64,000 bases of DNA from NCBI GenBank assembly GCA_963667665.2, contig OY763927.2, positions 672,001 to 736,000 of the forward strand, given 5' to 3'. Positions 1 through 10,804 of this stretch are shown here, piece after piece. Each line of letters starts with the position of its first letter. Position 1 is the first letter of the stretch. The stretch is from Nitrosopumilus sp. Lineage in GTDB: Archaea > Thermoproteota > Nitrososphaeria > Nitrososphaerales > Nitrosopumilaceae. Position numbers and translations under genes: made by a program. The notes below the pieces were generated by a model. The model did not search any database, had not been told where the DNA came from, and worked only from the letters and a program-made list of their open reading frames with translations.

Positions 1-2
1 AT

Positions 3-815
3 AAAAGTCTAGAAATATTGAAGGATGAAAACAGAGGACTGAAACAGGATAACAAAGAACTGAAAAATCAAGTCAAAGGGTTAAGAGAATCATATGAAAA
101 TTACGTTGAAGAGGTTAAAACCTATGTCGAAGGTGTTGAATTATACAACAAAGCAATTGATGACTATCAACAAAAAATTGATGATTATCAACAAGAAATA
201 GATAAACAAAGTAAAGTTCCCCAAACAACAATAACCAAAGAAGAAGTAAAGCTCAAATTGTTTGATTCAAAGGGAAACCAGTACAATTGGGTTGTTCCAA
301 TTGAAACATACGAAACTTATGTTCAATACTCCTATGTTCCCACACAAGTAATCAAATACCCTGACGGCAGAACTCAAAAGGTTGGAGAATTTTCAAGTTT
401 TGTTAAGGGAAGTTTTACCAAAGTAATTGATGAAATCTATGACAACTCTTCAAGCGAGGGCAATTTTATCTATGAAGTGTGGTTTATCACTTCTCAGATT
501 ACAATTTATTCCACAGACATTAGAGAAGACCCAAGGTTTGCAGTAGAGACGTTGGTAAGAGGTGGTGGAGACTGTGAGGACACAGTCATACTAATTGCAG
601 ATATGATCAGATCATCATCTTACACTAAAGACTGGAAAATGAATATGCTTTACTTTGATTCAGACAATCCAACAAATCCTAAACAAGTCAATCATGTATC
701 TTTGGAAGTAAAAACTCCAGATAGTTCCTATGTTCTTGAGACAACTGCAAAAACAGTAGAAGGTCTTAATTCATGGAATGGTGTTGGAATTTTTGGATGG
801 CGTACATCTGTTTAG
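3..815 (+). CDS. Coiled-coil plus transglutaminase-like cysteine protease domain protein (5' partial)
   Basis: Frame is open from the window start; N-terminal heptad-rich region; GDCED motif followed by HV, typical of transglutaminase-like folds. Confidence 0.6.
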   Translation, partial: KSLEILKDENRGLKQDNKELKNQVKGLRESYENYVEEVKTYVEGVELYNKAIDDYQQKIDDYQQEIDKQSKVPQTTITKEEVKLKLFDSKGNQYNWVVPIETYETYVQYSYVPTQVIKYPDGRTQKVGEFSSFVKGSFTKVIDEIYDNSSSEGNFIYEVWFITSQITIYSTDIREDPRFAVETLVRGGGDCEDTVILIADMIRSSSYTKDWKMNMLYFDSDNPTNPKQVNHVSLEVKTPDSSYVLETTAKTVEGLNSWNGVGIFGWRTSV

Positions 816-846
816 CCTAAAATGTTTGCGGGGTTAATCATTTTCA

Positions 847-1205
847 AAAATAAATGTGGTATTTGCCCATTTACTTAGATTAGTTTACACATCAACATTC
901 AAGGTAGACAGCCAGCAATCGTGTGGCGGTCTATCTTTGATATCGACTTTGATATATTCTTCATGGAATCGAGGTTTTGTTTTTGTATTCTTTTTGAACT
1001 CTTCTTTTTTTACTGCCAATTTTAAATTCATAATCGTCCTTTCTTCATTTAACATCTTTTTTGATCTTTGTTCTGGTGTTCGTATCTTTGATCTACCTAT
1101 CATTATATCTCCTAATACAACAAAATACAACTTAAGACCATGTCTGTCATCGATATTACAAATTTTAAAATAAATTGGGCATTTGCACATTTATTTAGAT
1201 TAGTT
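847..1205. repeat. Pair of 39-bp imperfect direct repeats (847-885 and 1167-1205) with a palindromic TAAAT..ATTTA core
   Basis: aaaataaatgtggtatttgcccatttacttagattagtt vs aaaataaattgggcatttgcacatttatttagattagtt, 34/39 identical. Confidence 0.8.
885..1103 (-). CDS. Small basic hypothetical protein between the direct repeats
   Basis: ORF 885-1190; the internal start MIGRSKIRT is more plausible because the longer start lies inside the repeat. Confidence 0.4.
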   Translation of the reverse strand: MIGRSKIRTPEQRSKKMLNEERTIMNLKLAVKKEEFKKNTKTKPRFHEEYIKVDIKDRPPHDCWLSTLNVDV

Positions 1206-1218
1206 CTTAAATCTAATT

Positions 1219-1518
1219 ATGGGGTTTTTATCTAATTTCCGAAAAGATGTACAATCTGCAAAGATAAACAAAGCTGCCCAGATTAACGGTAAAAACCTCA
1301 AAGAATTATTAAAAAAATTCTCAGAAGATCGGGATAAAATTGAAAAAGATACAGGTGTTAGACCACAAATTGATGAAAGTACTCAACTGTTTATGCAAAA
1401 AATTCTAAATGTGTGGATTTCAGAAGGAAAAGAGATTGACGAAGAAAAATTCTGGAATGAGGTTGATTCTAACAGACAGTTTACTCATACAGTTGAATAT
1501 TATGAGATTAAACGATAG
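1219..1518 (+). CDS. Hypothetical protein
   Basis: 99-aa ATG ORF with protein-like composition. Confidence 0.65.
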   Translation: MGFLSNFRKDVQSAKINKAAQINGKNLKELLKKFSEDRDKIEKDTGVRPQIDESTQLFMQKILNVWISEGKEIDEEKFWNEVDSNRQFTHTVEYYEIKR

Positions 1519-1650
1519 AACTAAAACAAATGTCAAATTAAACCAAATTTGTTAATTTAGTTTCATTTTACTCAAAAAAATAGACTGGAAAGAAAATTTT
1601 GATGACGAACTCACATATAATCACAAAATAGGTATTATCAATTATAAAAA

Positions 1651-3532
1651 TTGGACAAGAATTTCCTGATTAGTAAATTAGCAGATGCCATAGAACAATC
1701 TAAAGGAGATCAAGGGCGAAATCAGTACATTCTAAAAAGAATCAAAGTAGACAAAGAGTTCATTAATTCAGATAAATTATATCTTGAAGAATTTTAGGGC
1801 TAAAAATTTCAGAAATTACAGATCAAACAGTTATTTCACATCAACAAATTCTAAAAAAAGATAAATCAGTTTTTCTAAATCCCAACCTAATAAAATGTGC
1901 TACATGTAATAACGAAATAAAATTAGATGAAAAATCTACTAGAATTCAGAGTTTGTGGCATCATGATACATGTCAGAACCCACTTTCTGGGAACAAGCAG
2001 GAATTTGAAAAAAGAGAGTTTCAAAATAATAAAAATACAATAAATAACCAAATTTCAAAAACCACAAAAAGTTCTTTGAACGTAAATCACGATCCAATAG
2101 TAATTTTGATTGCACTTGGAATTATTGTGTTCATTTTTGTAACTCCTTTCTATTTTATCTCAGGGTTTAGTGCAGGTGCAATGATAATAGGAGGAAGTTT
2201 GGTACTGTATCAAATTTTAGATGCAAGAAGATGGTCAGGAGTAGACTTAGAACACGAAAACATGCTCCGGGTATTTTTTCAATACTACTTTTAGTTCTCC
2301 CATTTGCACTTGGAGGAATACTTGCATTTGAAGGATATACACTCTGGGAATCCATATATCGTTCAATCATATTGTGGGGATTTACAATTACATTTTGGAG
2401 TATTATGTTAATGGTTCCATTGGCATTGTATAGTAAAAATAAAGAAGACCCAATGAAACCAGCACAAAGATTTCCATTAGTTAGTATCTTAATTCCTGCA
2501 TACAATGAAGAAAAAGTTATTGCAAAAACAATTGAAAGTGTATTAGAAATAGATTATCCAAAAAAAGAAATCATCATTATTGATGATGGAAGCACAGATA
2601 AGACTTTGTTGATTGCAAAAAAATTTCAAAGAGACAATGTAAAAATTCTACATAAAGAAAATAGCGGTAAGGCTACTGCACTTAACTATGGAATAAATTT
2701 TGCAAAAGGCGAAATTTTAACAATTTTAGATGCAGATACTATTGCTGGTAAAAATTCATTAAAAGAGATTGTAAAAGTTTTTGAAAGCTCTTCCGATATT
2801 GGCGGGGTAGCTGGTAATGTCAAAGTTAGAAATAAAACAAATTGGCTTACATGGTGTCAGGCATTAGAATATGTTTCAGGATTACAAATTGCTAGAAGAG
2901 CATTTGATATGTTTGGTGCAATCACAATAGTTCCAGGAGCTATGGGGGCATTCAAAGCAAATATTCTCAAAGATGCAGGTGGATACGATAAAGATACCAT
3001 TGTAGAAGATTTTGATGCAACAATTAAAGTTCTTAAATCTGGAAAGATAATCAGAGGAACCACAAAATCATTGGCATATACAGAAGCTCCAGAAAAAATA
3101 GTCCAATTTGTTAAACAGAGAAACCGATGGTATAGAGGAAATCTTCAAGTAGTTTTTAAACACAAAGATGCCATAACCAATCCTCGTTTTGGGTTTTTAC
3201 AAAAAATTGCACTACCTTACATGATTTTATCAATGATGGTGCTACCTATTAGCGGATTTTTTATGTTAGGCGCTTTGATTTTATCGATTATTGAAGGAGA
3301 CATATTTTTTGTCTTAAGCTCCATGTCATTTTTTATAATTTTGCAATACATGCTGGTGAGTTTGGCAGTTAGAATAAAGAGAGAAGACCCAAAATTGATT
3401 CTCTATTCAATTTTCCTTATGTTTGGATTTAAACAAATTCAAGATGCTTTACTAATAAGACAGTTGTTTGAACAATTATTGAGAAGAAAAGCAAAATGGA
3501 CAAGTGTAACAAGGAAGGGATTTAATGAATAG
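1651..3532 (+). pseudogene. Processive family-2 glycosyltransferase (PgaC/IcaA/cellulose-synthase-like) with N-terminal Zn-finger and membrane extension, frameshifted near 1788 and 2245
   Basis: ORF 2231-3532 has DDGSTD, GKATALN, DAD, ED and QRNRW motifs; upstream fragments (MDKNF...GDQGRNQYILK; CATC...WHHDTC; TM helices) join through single-base shifts. Confidence 0.7.
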
Positions 3533-5651
3533 TAGAACAACATCACTGAATAAATTAATTTATCTGCTATCTATTGTAGTATTATTCACATTAGTTTTCC
3601 AAAATGTTCTAATGTCTTTTGCAGAAGATACAGGAAACATTAATGTAGAATTAAAATATGAAAATGGAGACAGAGTTAGTACTTGACAAACAACACTGAA
3701 AATTTTCCAAGATAACAATGATGAACTGTTAAGAGTAATAGAGTTTCCTGAATCAAATCCTTATGAAATTAAATCATTGCCACTAGGTCACAAATACACA
3801 ATTGAAGTTTTTGTAAATGATATGTATGCGGAAGAAAGTTTCTTATTTTTGAACGAGTCAGAAGCAGAATTACAAATTTCTATTCCTCTTCAAGCAGGAA
3901 TGCAGTTTATTGTATACTATAATGATGGAAGTACCCCAATTGAGGGGGCCAAAGTGTCTATAAAATCAGATGAAAACAAAGAGTGGGCAACAGGAGACAC
4001 TGATTCTGAAGGAAAAACCATTAGATTTTGGTTGCAACCAAATATCATAGTAAATGATGATTACTATATTGCAGAGATTTCACTAGCAGAAGGATTAGAT
4101 TATGTAGAACAACCAATCAATCTATTTCCTAAAGTAATAGGGGACATTGAAATTATAACACCGTGGACAGACAATATTGAAAATCTTATTAAGATTAATG
4201 TGTACAAAGACAGTTCACAAAAAGTGTTAAAAGCAGATGGGGTATTTCTTGTAGAACTATACGATTCAAAAAATAACAAAATATTGGAATCTACTGTAAA
4301 CGCTAGAGGGGAAGTATATTTTTCAAATATTGCTGTAGACAAATACTCAATTGTTGTCATCAAGGTTGCCAGTGAAGAAAATGAAATGTGGGCAACAAAA
4401 GACACTGTGATCACAGGTGATGAAGAATCCATTTCAGTCTTCAAAGAGGGAACCAAAGTAACAAAAGAAATCATTACTTGTAATTGTGTAGCATTTAGAC
4501 TAGATGATGTTCAAGACTACTACCTTCGTGGACCTCAAGTAGATATTATAGAGTTATTCCAACAAAAAAATGCTGATCTTACTATTGGAATAATTGGAAG
4601 TGTTTTTGGAACAGATCCTCTATTAGTTAATTACATTGAACGAGGGTTGGCAAATGAGTTTTCCACACTTGAAATTGCCAGTCATAGTTACAGTAATGCA
4701 AAGTTAACAGCTTTAGGAAAAACTGAACAAAAAACATTGTTAGAAAAAACAAACGAAGTATTACAGAATACTTTAGGAATTACACCAAAAACATTCATTC
4801 CTCCTCTAAACTTGTTTGATGATAATACCTTAGAGATTGCTGCTGAATTAGGATTTACACATATTACCGGCCATATTGATGAAAATCATTCTCCACCATA
4901 TCTTGGAGTAGACTCTGAAATTTTGTACTTTCCTGCAAATACTCAGACTGCAAAGCTAAATCCAGATGGAGTTACATGGAATAAACAAGAACGTTCTTTG
5001 ATTTTAGAAGAAATTAAGGAGTTTATAGATGAAAATGGGTTTGCAGTAGTTATGATGCATCCATATGAGTTCACGATTGAGGAATTAGGAGCATATACGA
5101 CTGAAACAGACCAAGATATGATAGATAGAGTTGGGAAATTAATTGATGAGATAAATGAGTCAGGTATTGAAATTGTCACAATAAGTGAGATTAATGAGAA
5201 AATTATACAGCCAGGTCAAGAACCTATTGAAAAAGAAGAATTAGGTGATGAGAAAATATTCAAGAGGAGGTAGTTACTGAAAAGAATCAGGACATTTCAA
5301 TTTTAGTTCAATACACACAAAGAATTTATGATAAGGACTTTGTACAGATAGATGTTAAAATTTATGATACAGAACAATAGATTAAATGATTTTTATCTAA
5401 ATCAAGGATTTGTTCCAAATACCAATATTGAAATTTTAGTTGTAGATGAAGATAATCAAGAATTTTATTCTACATCTGGAATTACTAACGATAAAGGATT
5501 ACTTGAAATTGAATTTTATATCCCTGAAAATTCAAAAAGAGAAACACTAACTGTTACTATAAATGCAGAGAATGAAAATTCAAAATCATCAAAAATATTA
5601 CAAATATTTAGTTTAGGTAGAGAACCAAGTGGAGGATCATCTTCTCCATAG
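3525..5651 (+). pseudogene. Secreted polysaccharide deacetylase (NodB/DUF2334-like) with Ig-like domains, disrupted
   Basis: Signal-peptide-like start at ATG 3525, in-frame TGA at 3684-3686, FRLDDV, HSYS, FIPP and MMHP motifs; further frameshifts near 5258 and 5375 link it to ORF 5352-5651. Confidence 0.7.
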
Positions 5652-5689
5652 CACAAAGAACTAAATGCATTAAAAATATTTAATGTTCA

Positions 5690-6403
5690 TTGATTCATGG
5701 TCCATCTTTAGCCATTGGTGCTACAATTGCATCAATAGTGATAATTGTAATATTTTTAGGGTTTAATGGAATGTCAAATGAAGTAGAACTTGTAATAGAA
5801 CCTACTCCAACCATTCAGGAAATAGGACCTCCAAAAATTTCTATGGACACATTTTTAGAAAATGGCTCTCCAATACTAGGGAATACTGAGGCTCCAGTTA
5901 CATTAGTTGAATTTGGAGACTATCAATGTCATTTCTGCAATGTTTTCTTTCATTCAACAGAAGATGATATTTTGAAAAATTATGTAGAAACAGGAAAAGT
6001 TAGAATGATTTTTAAAGACTATAATATTATTGGACCTGATTCTGTAAGAGCATCACACGGTGCACATTGTGCAAATGATCAAGGGTTGTTTTGGGAATAT
6101 CATGATATTTTGTATTCAAACTGGACTGGAGAAAACAATGGGTGGGCATCTTCTGAGAATCTTGAAAAGTTTGCCAAAGAAATTGGTTTAGACATGGATG
6201 AATGGTCTGAATGTGTGACTAACGGGTATTATTCACAAACAATTCTTGCAAGTAATCAAGATGCAAAAAATCTGGGCATAACAGGGACACCTGCATTTTT
6301 TGTTATTGGTCCTGATGATAAAACCACCCGAATTTTTGGAGCACAACCATTTGAGGCATTTGAAAAGATTTTTGAAATAGAACTAGAAAAATTAAAAAAT
6401 TAG
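5690..6403 (+). CDS. DsbA-family thiol-disulfide oxidoreductase, membrane anchored
   Basis: EFGDYQCHFC active site, GITGTPAF, GAQP. Confidence 0.9.
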   Translation: MIHGPSLAIGATIASIVIIVIFLGFNGMSNEVELVIEPTPTIQEIGPPKISMDTFLENGSPILGNTEAPVTLVEFGDYQCHFCNVFFHSTEDDILKNYVETGKVRMIFKDYNIIGPDSVRASHGAHCANDQGLFWEYHDILYSNWTGENNGWASSENLEKFAKEIGLDMDEWSECVTNGYYSQTILASNQDAKNLGITGTPAFFVIGPDDKTTRIFGAQPFEAFEKIFEIELEKLKN

Positions 6404-6506
6404 CGATCAAATTAGAAAAAAAGATGTACAAAAATACTAAAACTTCCTTCCTAGCTAGTTAGAATTTACTCAATATCCTTATTAGTGAACCATCAAACCG
6501 AAGCTC

Positions 6507-7901
6507 ATGGTAGCTGGAATAGATGATATTGCAATATACATCCCTAGATTGTATGTTGATGCAATTGATTTTGCAAAAGCTAGAGGTTTAGATCTAGTAA
6601 AATTACAAAAGGGTCTAGGAGTTTCTCAAATGGCAATAGTTGATGCTAATCAAGATCCAGCATGTCTTGCAGCAAATGCATGTTTAAGAATTATGCAAAA
6701 AAATAAACTATCTCCAGAAGATATTGGTAGATTATACGTTTCAACTGAATCTGCATTTGACGAATCAAAGGCAATGAACTCGTATGTTATAGGAATGCTT
6801 GAGCAAGTTTATGGTCAAGGTGCATTTGAACACTGTGGAGGTATTGAAACCAAATTTGCTTGTGTAAGTGGTTCATATGCTCTTTATGACAATACAAACT
6901 GGATTAGAGCTGATGAAGCAGACGGAAAGTCTGCATTAGTTGTGGTATCTGATATTGCAAAATACGATATGGGCTCTAGTGGAGAAATGACTCAAGGAGC
7001 AGGAGCAGTAGTAATGCTTCTTAATGACAATCCAAGATTAATGGTCTTTGATCCTAAAGTTACATCCACTTCAATTAAAGATGAATATGATTTTTACAGA
7101 CCTTTTGGAAAAGAGACACCAATAGTCCATGGTCAGTATTCTAATTTACTTTACATGATTCAAGTAAGAAAAGCACTTGATGCCTATAAGAAAAAAGCAG
7201 TCTCAACAGGACTAATCAAAATAGAACCTGGAGAAACAATTTTAGATCATATGGATTACATCAACATGCACTTGCCATATAGTAACATGGGCAAAAAGGC
7301 CTTAGCATATATGGTCAGACATGAATGGCGTCAACTTCCACGATGGGAGACAATTTTGCAGGAAATAGGATTAGATGAACCAGTTCCACAAGATCCACGT
7401 GGGACAATTGAATCAGTGTTAAGTGATGAAGAATTTATGGCAAAAGACCATGAATTTACCAAATTGTTTTCAAAAACTCCTGAATTCCAAGAAGTGTATG
7501 AATCAAAACTTGCAAGTTCACTTATTGCATCTACTATGATTGGAAATCTGTATACAGCATCACTGTACTTGGGATTTAGAAGTAGTTTAGAATATGAATA
7601 TCAAAAAGGAATTGATTTGGAAGGAAAAAGAGTTGGATTTGGATCATACGGTAGTGGGGCTAGTGCAATGGTATTCAGTGGAGTTATTCAGCCAGAATAT
7701 GAAGAAATTGTAAAGAACATGAACTTGGAAGCAGAGATAGGAAATAGAAAAAGGCTAACATGGGAAGAATACGAAAACTTGCATGAAAATAAAATAGAGA
7801 TCGATGAATCTATGGTGCATACAAAAAAAGAATTTGTCTTAGTGGATGTAAAAACTGAAACAGAATCTAAAGGTGAAAGACGTTACATCTATAATGAATA
7901 A
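6507..7901 (+). CDS. Hydroxymethylglutaryl-CoA synthase
   Basis: ETKFAC catalytic Cys, SDIAKY, GEMTQGAGAV, HLPY, GNLYTAS, SYGSG. Confidence 0.92.
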   Translation: MVAGIDDIAIYIPRLYVDAIDFAKARGLDLVKLQKGLGVSQMAIVDANQDPACLAANACLRIMQKNKLSPEDIGRLYVSTESAFDESKAMNSYVIGMLEQVYGQGAFEHCGGIETKFACVSGSYALYDNTNWIRADEADGKSALVVVSDIAKYDMGSSGEMTQGAGAVVMLLNDNPRLMVFDPKVTSTSIKDEYDFYRPFGKETPIVHGQYSNLLYMIQVRKALDAYKKKAVSTGLIKIEPGETILDHMDYINMHLPYSNMGKKALAYMVRHEWRQLPRWETILQEIGLDEPVPQDPRGTIESVLSDEEFMAKDHEFTKLFSKTPEFQEVYESKLASSLIASTMIGNLYTASLYLGFRSSLEYEYQKGIDLEGKRVGFGSYGSGASAMVFSGVIQPEYEEIVKNMNLEAEIGNRKRLTWEEYENLHENKIEIDESMVHTKKEFVLVDVKTETESKGERRYIYNE

Positions 7902-8104
7902 TATATCTAAAAATTAATTTTAATAATAAAATCACTATGCAGTTGTAAAATGATTTATTGCATATACAACAATTCCTATGCCAAGAAGGCCATAACAAAT
8001 GTTAGCAATATTTTGAGGTTTCATGATTAGAATATCAATAATCAAGTATATCTTCTTTCAGGTATATTAATTATTCATATTAGGAGAATAATTATTACAA
8101 AATA

Positions 8105-8656
8105 ATGCAAGAAGAACCAAATCCAGTCAAAGAATATCTCTTTGATTATTTATCAAAATCAGAAGAGAAAATTGAAAAATTAATCTCTGAGGAAAAATTC
8201 TCAGAAATAATTGATAATGTTATAGAAAATTGTTATGATAAAATTATCACATTGGGAGGAAAAGATGAAAGTGTAGGGGTTTTAGCAACAGGATTGCTAC
8301 ATTATTTACTAACTAATGCTCTAATTAACAGTCAAAGAAAAGTAGAGTATAAGGAAATAGAGATAGATATTGTAATTCCAGATATTAAAACACTAGAAAA
8401 AGATCCCAAAAAGACATTGTTAATTTGTATTCCAAAATCATCAAACAAGAACATCATTGAAGAGAAAATTTCTCAGTTAGAGAAAATACAACCTGAAAGA
8501 GAGAATGTTTGGGTAGTCTTATCAGAAAATGTTTCTATAAATCAAAAATATTTTGTACTAACTAAAGAAAATAATTCTTTTTCAAAAATTATCTTTGAGA
8601 TTGCTCAATTTAGTGATGTTCACGGCACAAATAAATTCAAAATTTTACGAATCTAA
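8105..8656 (+). CDS. Conserved hypothetical protein
   Basis: 183-aa ORF, no motif recognised. Confidence 0.65.
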   Translation: MQEEPNPVKEYLFDYLSKSEEKIEKLISEEKFSEIIDNVIENCYDKIITLGGKDESVGVLATGLLHYLLTNALINSQRKVEYKEIEIDIVIPDIKTLEKDPKKTLLICIPKSSNKNIIEEKISQLEKIQPERENVWVVLSENVSINQKYFVLTKENNSFSKIIFEIAQFSDVHGTNKFKILRI

Positions 8657-8657
8657 G

Positions 8658-9341
8658 TTATTTTAATAATAATTTTAAATCAATATTCTTTTTGAAAATA
8701 CGATATAACGATGCATTACTCATGTCTTTAATGAATGGAATTGAGCCTAAAACTTTGACTCCAGTGAGATTTTGCAGGTCTCGTGTTAATTCTTTTACAG
8801 GATACCCCGCATCAAAATTATTAATAATAATTCCTTTAACTGGAATTTTATATTTTTCACACATTTTACAAGTCATGATAGTGTGATTAACTGTTCCAAC
8901 TTTACTTCTCGTTACAATTACTGTAGGAATTTTCATTTCTTTGATTAGATTTGTAACGTAATAATCTTTAAGAATCGGAGTCATAATTCCACCCATACCT
9001 TCAACAAGAATCATGTCATGAAGTTTTGTGAGTTTTTTGAAACTAGATAATATTGTAGATATTTTTGGTTTTGTTTTTAGATTTTTCCAAGCAGTGTAAG
9101 GAGATGCAGGGATTGGAAAAAATTGTGGGTTTACTAAATTTTCAGGATCACATGCTTGTGCGGCCCTAGATATAATTACAATATCTTCAGATTTGTATCC
9201 TTTTTTCTGAGCTCTTCCAGCTGCAAAAGGTTTCATTACACCTACATCAATTCCCATCTTACGAAATGTTACACCCAGACCTGCAGTGATGTAGGTTTTT
9301 CCAACATCAGTATCTGTTCCAGTAATAAAGAGGGATTTCAA
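8658..9341 (-). CDS. bioD: Dethiobiotin synthase
   Basis: ITGTDTDVGKT P-loop, VEGMGG, GTVNHT. Confidence 0.95.
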   Translation of the reverse strand: MKSLFITGTDTDVGKTYITAGLGVTFRKMGIDVGVMKPFAAGRAQKKGYKSEDIVIISRAAQACDPENLVNPQFFPIPASPYTAWKNLKTKPKISTILSSFKKLTKLHDMILVEGMGGIMTPILKDYYVTNLIKEMKIPTVIVTRSKVGTVNHTIMTCKMCEKYKIPVKGIIINNFDAGYPVKELTRDLQNLTGVKVLGSIPFIKDMSNASLYRIFKKNIDLKLLLK

Positions 9342-9415
9342 CAGATTAGATTCTGAATATTTGGTTGATTAACTTTATCGTTTAATTATAAAGATCTGCA
9401 ATCTTACAAAATCAG

Positions 9416-10732
9416 TTGAAAAGTTCTATTTGGCACCCAAACACTCAGATGAAAGAATGGGATTCCTTTGATACAATCACCAAAGGTAAAGGAATGTGGT
9501 TAATTGATTCTAAAGGCAACAAAATGCTTGACGGAGTTGCATCAATGTGGTGCAATGTTTGGGGGCATTCTAATCCAGAATTAGTTAAAGCCATTACAAA
9601 TCAGAGCAAAAAACTGCAACATTCCACCTTGTTTAATCTTACAAATGAGCCTGCAGAAAAGCTTGCAGATAATCTAGTAAAAATTTCTCCTGGAATGTAC
9701 AAGGTATTCTATTCAGATAATGGGTCTACAGCAATGGAGATTGCTATCAAACTAGCATTACAATATTGGAAAAATATTGGAAACAAAAAGAAAACAGAGA
9801 TTGCCACACTAAAAAATGGATATCATGGGGATACATTTGGAGCAATGTCAGTAGGATTTGTACCAGAATTTTTTGGTAAATTTAAAAAACAATTATTTTC
9901 AACAATACAATTTACAGTTCCTAACAAATACAGAATACCTAAAGAATTTACTTTTTTAGATTATCAAAACTATTGTTTAGAAAAGATTGAAAAAAGATTC
10001 ACTAAAAATAGTAACATTGCAGCTTTTGTTATGGAAAGTGGTGCACAAGTAGCAGGAGGCGTTATGATTTATCCAAAAGGATTTCAAAAAAAGATCAGTC
10101 ATCTTTGTAAAAAATATAATGTGTTATTTGTTTTAGATGAAATTGCAACAGGTTTTGGAAGATTAGGATCCATGATACAGTATGAAGAACAAAAAAGCAT
10201 CCCAGATATTGTTGCGTATGGAAAAATGTTAACTGGTGGATATCTAACAATGGCTGCAACATTAACAAACAAAAAAATTTATGATTCATATTTAGGAGAA
10301 TTTAATGATTGGAAACACCTCTTTCATGGTCACACTTACACAGGAAATCCAATTGCAGCAGCTGTTGCAAATGAAAATCTCAAAATGTATAAAAAAAATA
10401 ATTTGATCAAAAAGATTCAAAAAACATCAAAAATCTTTGAAAAATTCTATCAAGAAATTTCAGAAATTGACATTGTAGGTGACATCAGACACAAAGGAAT
10501 GTTGATGGGAATTGAATTAGTGACTAGTAAAAAGAAAAAAACCCCAATTCATCCCAAAAAATCAATCAATAAGATATTTTTTGAAGAGGGTAAAAAACAA
10601 GGAATCTTTCTTAGAACCCTAGGAAACATAGTCATGCTTGTTCCTCCACTAGCAATTTCAGAAAAAGAACTTGATTTACTCCTAAACAGAACAGTGAAAA
10701 CAATCAAAGCAGCAAAATCAAAAGTGATTTGA
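9416..10732 (+). CDS. bioA: Adenosylmethionine-8-amino-7-oxononanoate aminotransferase
   Basis: IWHPNTQM, YHGDTFGAMS, DEIATGFGR, HGHTYTGNP; lies in the bio cluster. Confidence 0.95.
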   Translation: MKSSIWHPNTQMKEWDSFDTITKGKGMWLIDSKGNKMLDGVASMWCNVWGHSNPELVKAITNQSKKLQHSTLFNLTNEPAEKLADNLVKISPGMYKVFYSDNGSTAMEIAIKLALQYWKNIGNKKKTEIATLKNGYHGDTFGAMSVGFVPEFFGKFKKQLFSTIQFTVPNKYRIPKEFTFLDYQNYCLEKIEKRFTKNSNIAAFVMESGAQVAGGVMIYPKGFQKKISHLCKKYNVLFVLDEIATGFGRLGSMIQYEEQKSIPDIVAYGKMLTGGYLTMAATLTNKKIYDSYLGEFNDWKHLFHGHTYTGNPIAAAVANENLKMYKKNNLIKKIQKTSKIFEKFYQEISEIDIVGDIRHKGMLMGIELVTSKKKKTPIHPKKSINKIFFEEGKKQGIFLRTLGNIVMLVPPLAISEKELDLLLNRTVKTIKAAKSKVI

Positions 10733-10733
10733 C

Positions 10734-10763
10734 TGTTAACCCCCTACGCCTTCAAGGTTAACC
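10734..10763. promoter_or_regulatory. Candidate BirA-type operator GTTAAC-N16-GTTAAC upstream of bioB
   Basis: tGTTAAC cccctacgccttcaag GTTAACc matches the geometry of the known BirA operator consensus TGTtAAC-N14-16-GTTaACA. Confidence 0.45.
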
Positions 10764-10804
10764 TTTCCACTAGTGTTATTAATGAAAAATTATTGAAGTA
10801 AATT

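Noticed and set aside
3684-3686. Genome-wide UGA/UAG recoding as the explanation for in-frame stops
   Set aside because: TGA and TAG end many intact core genes here (rpl4, rps19, rps14, rpl22), and the affected genes mostly carry frameshifts as well.
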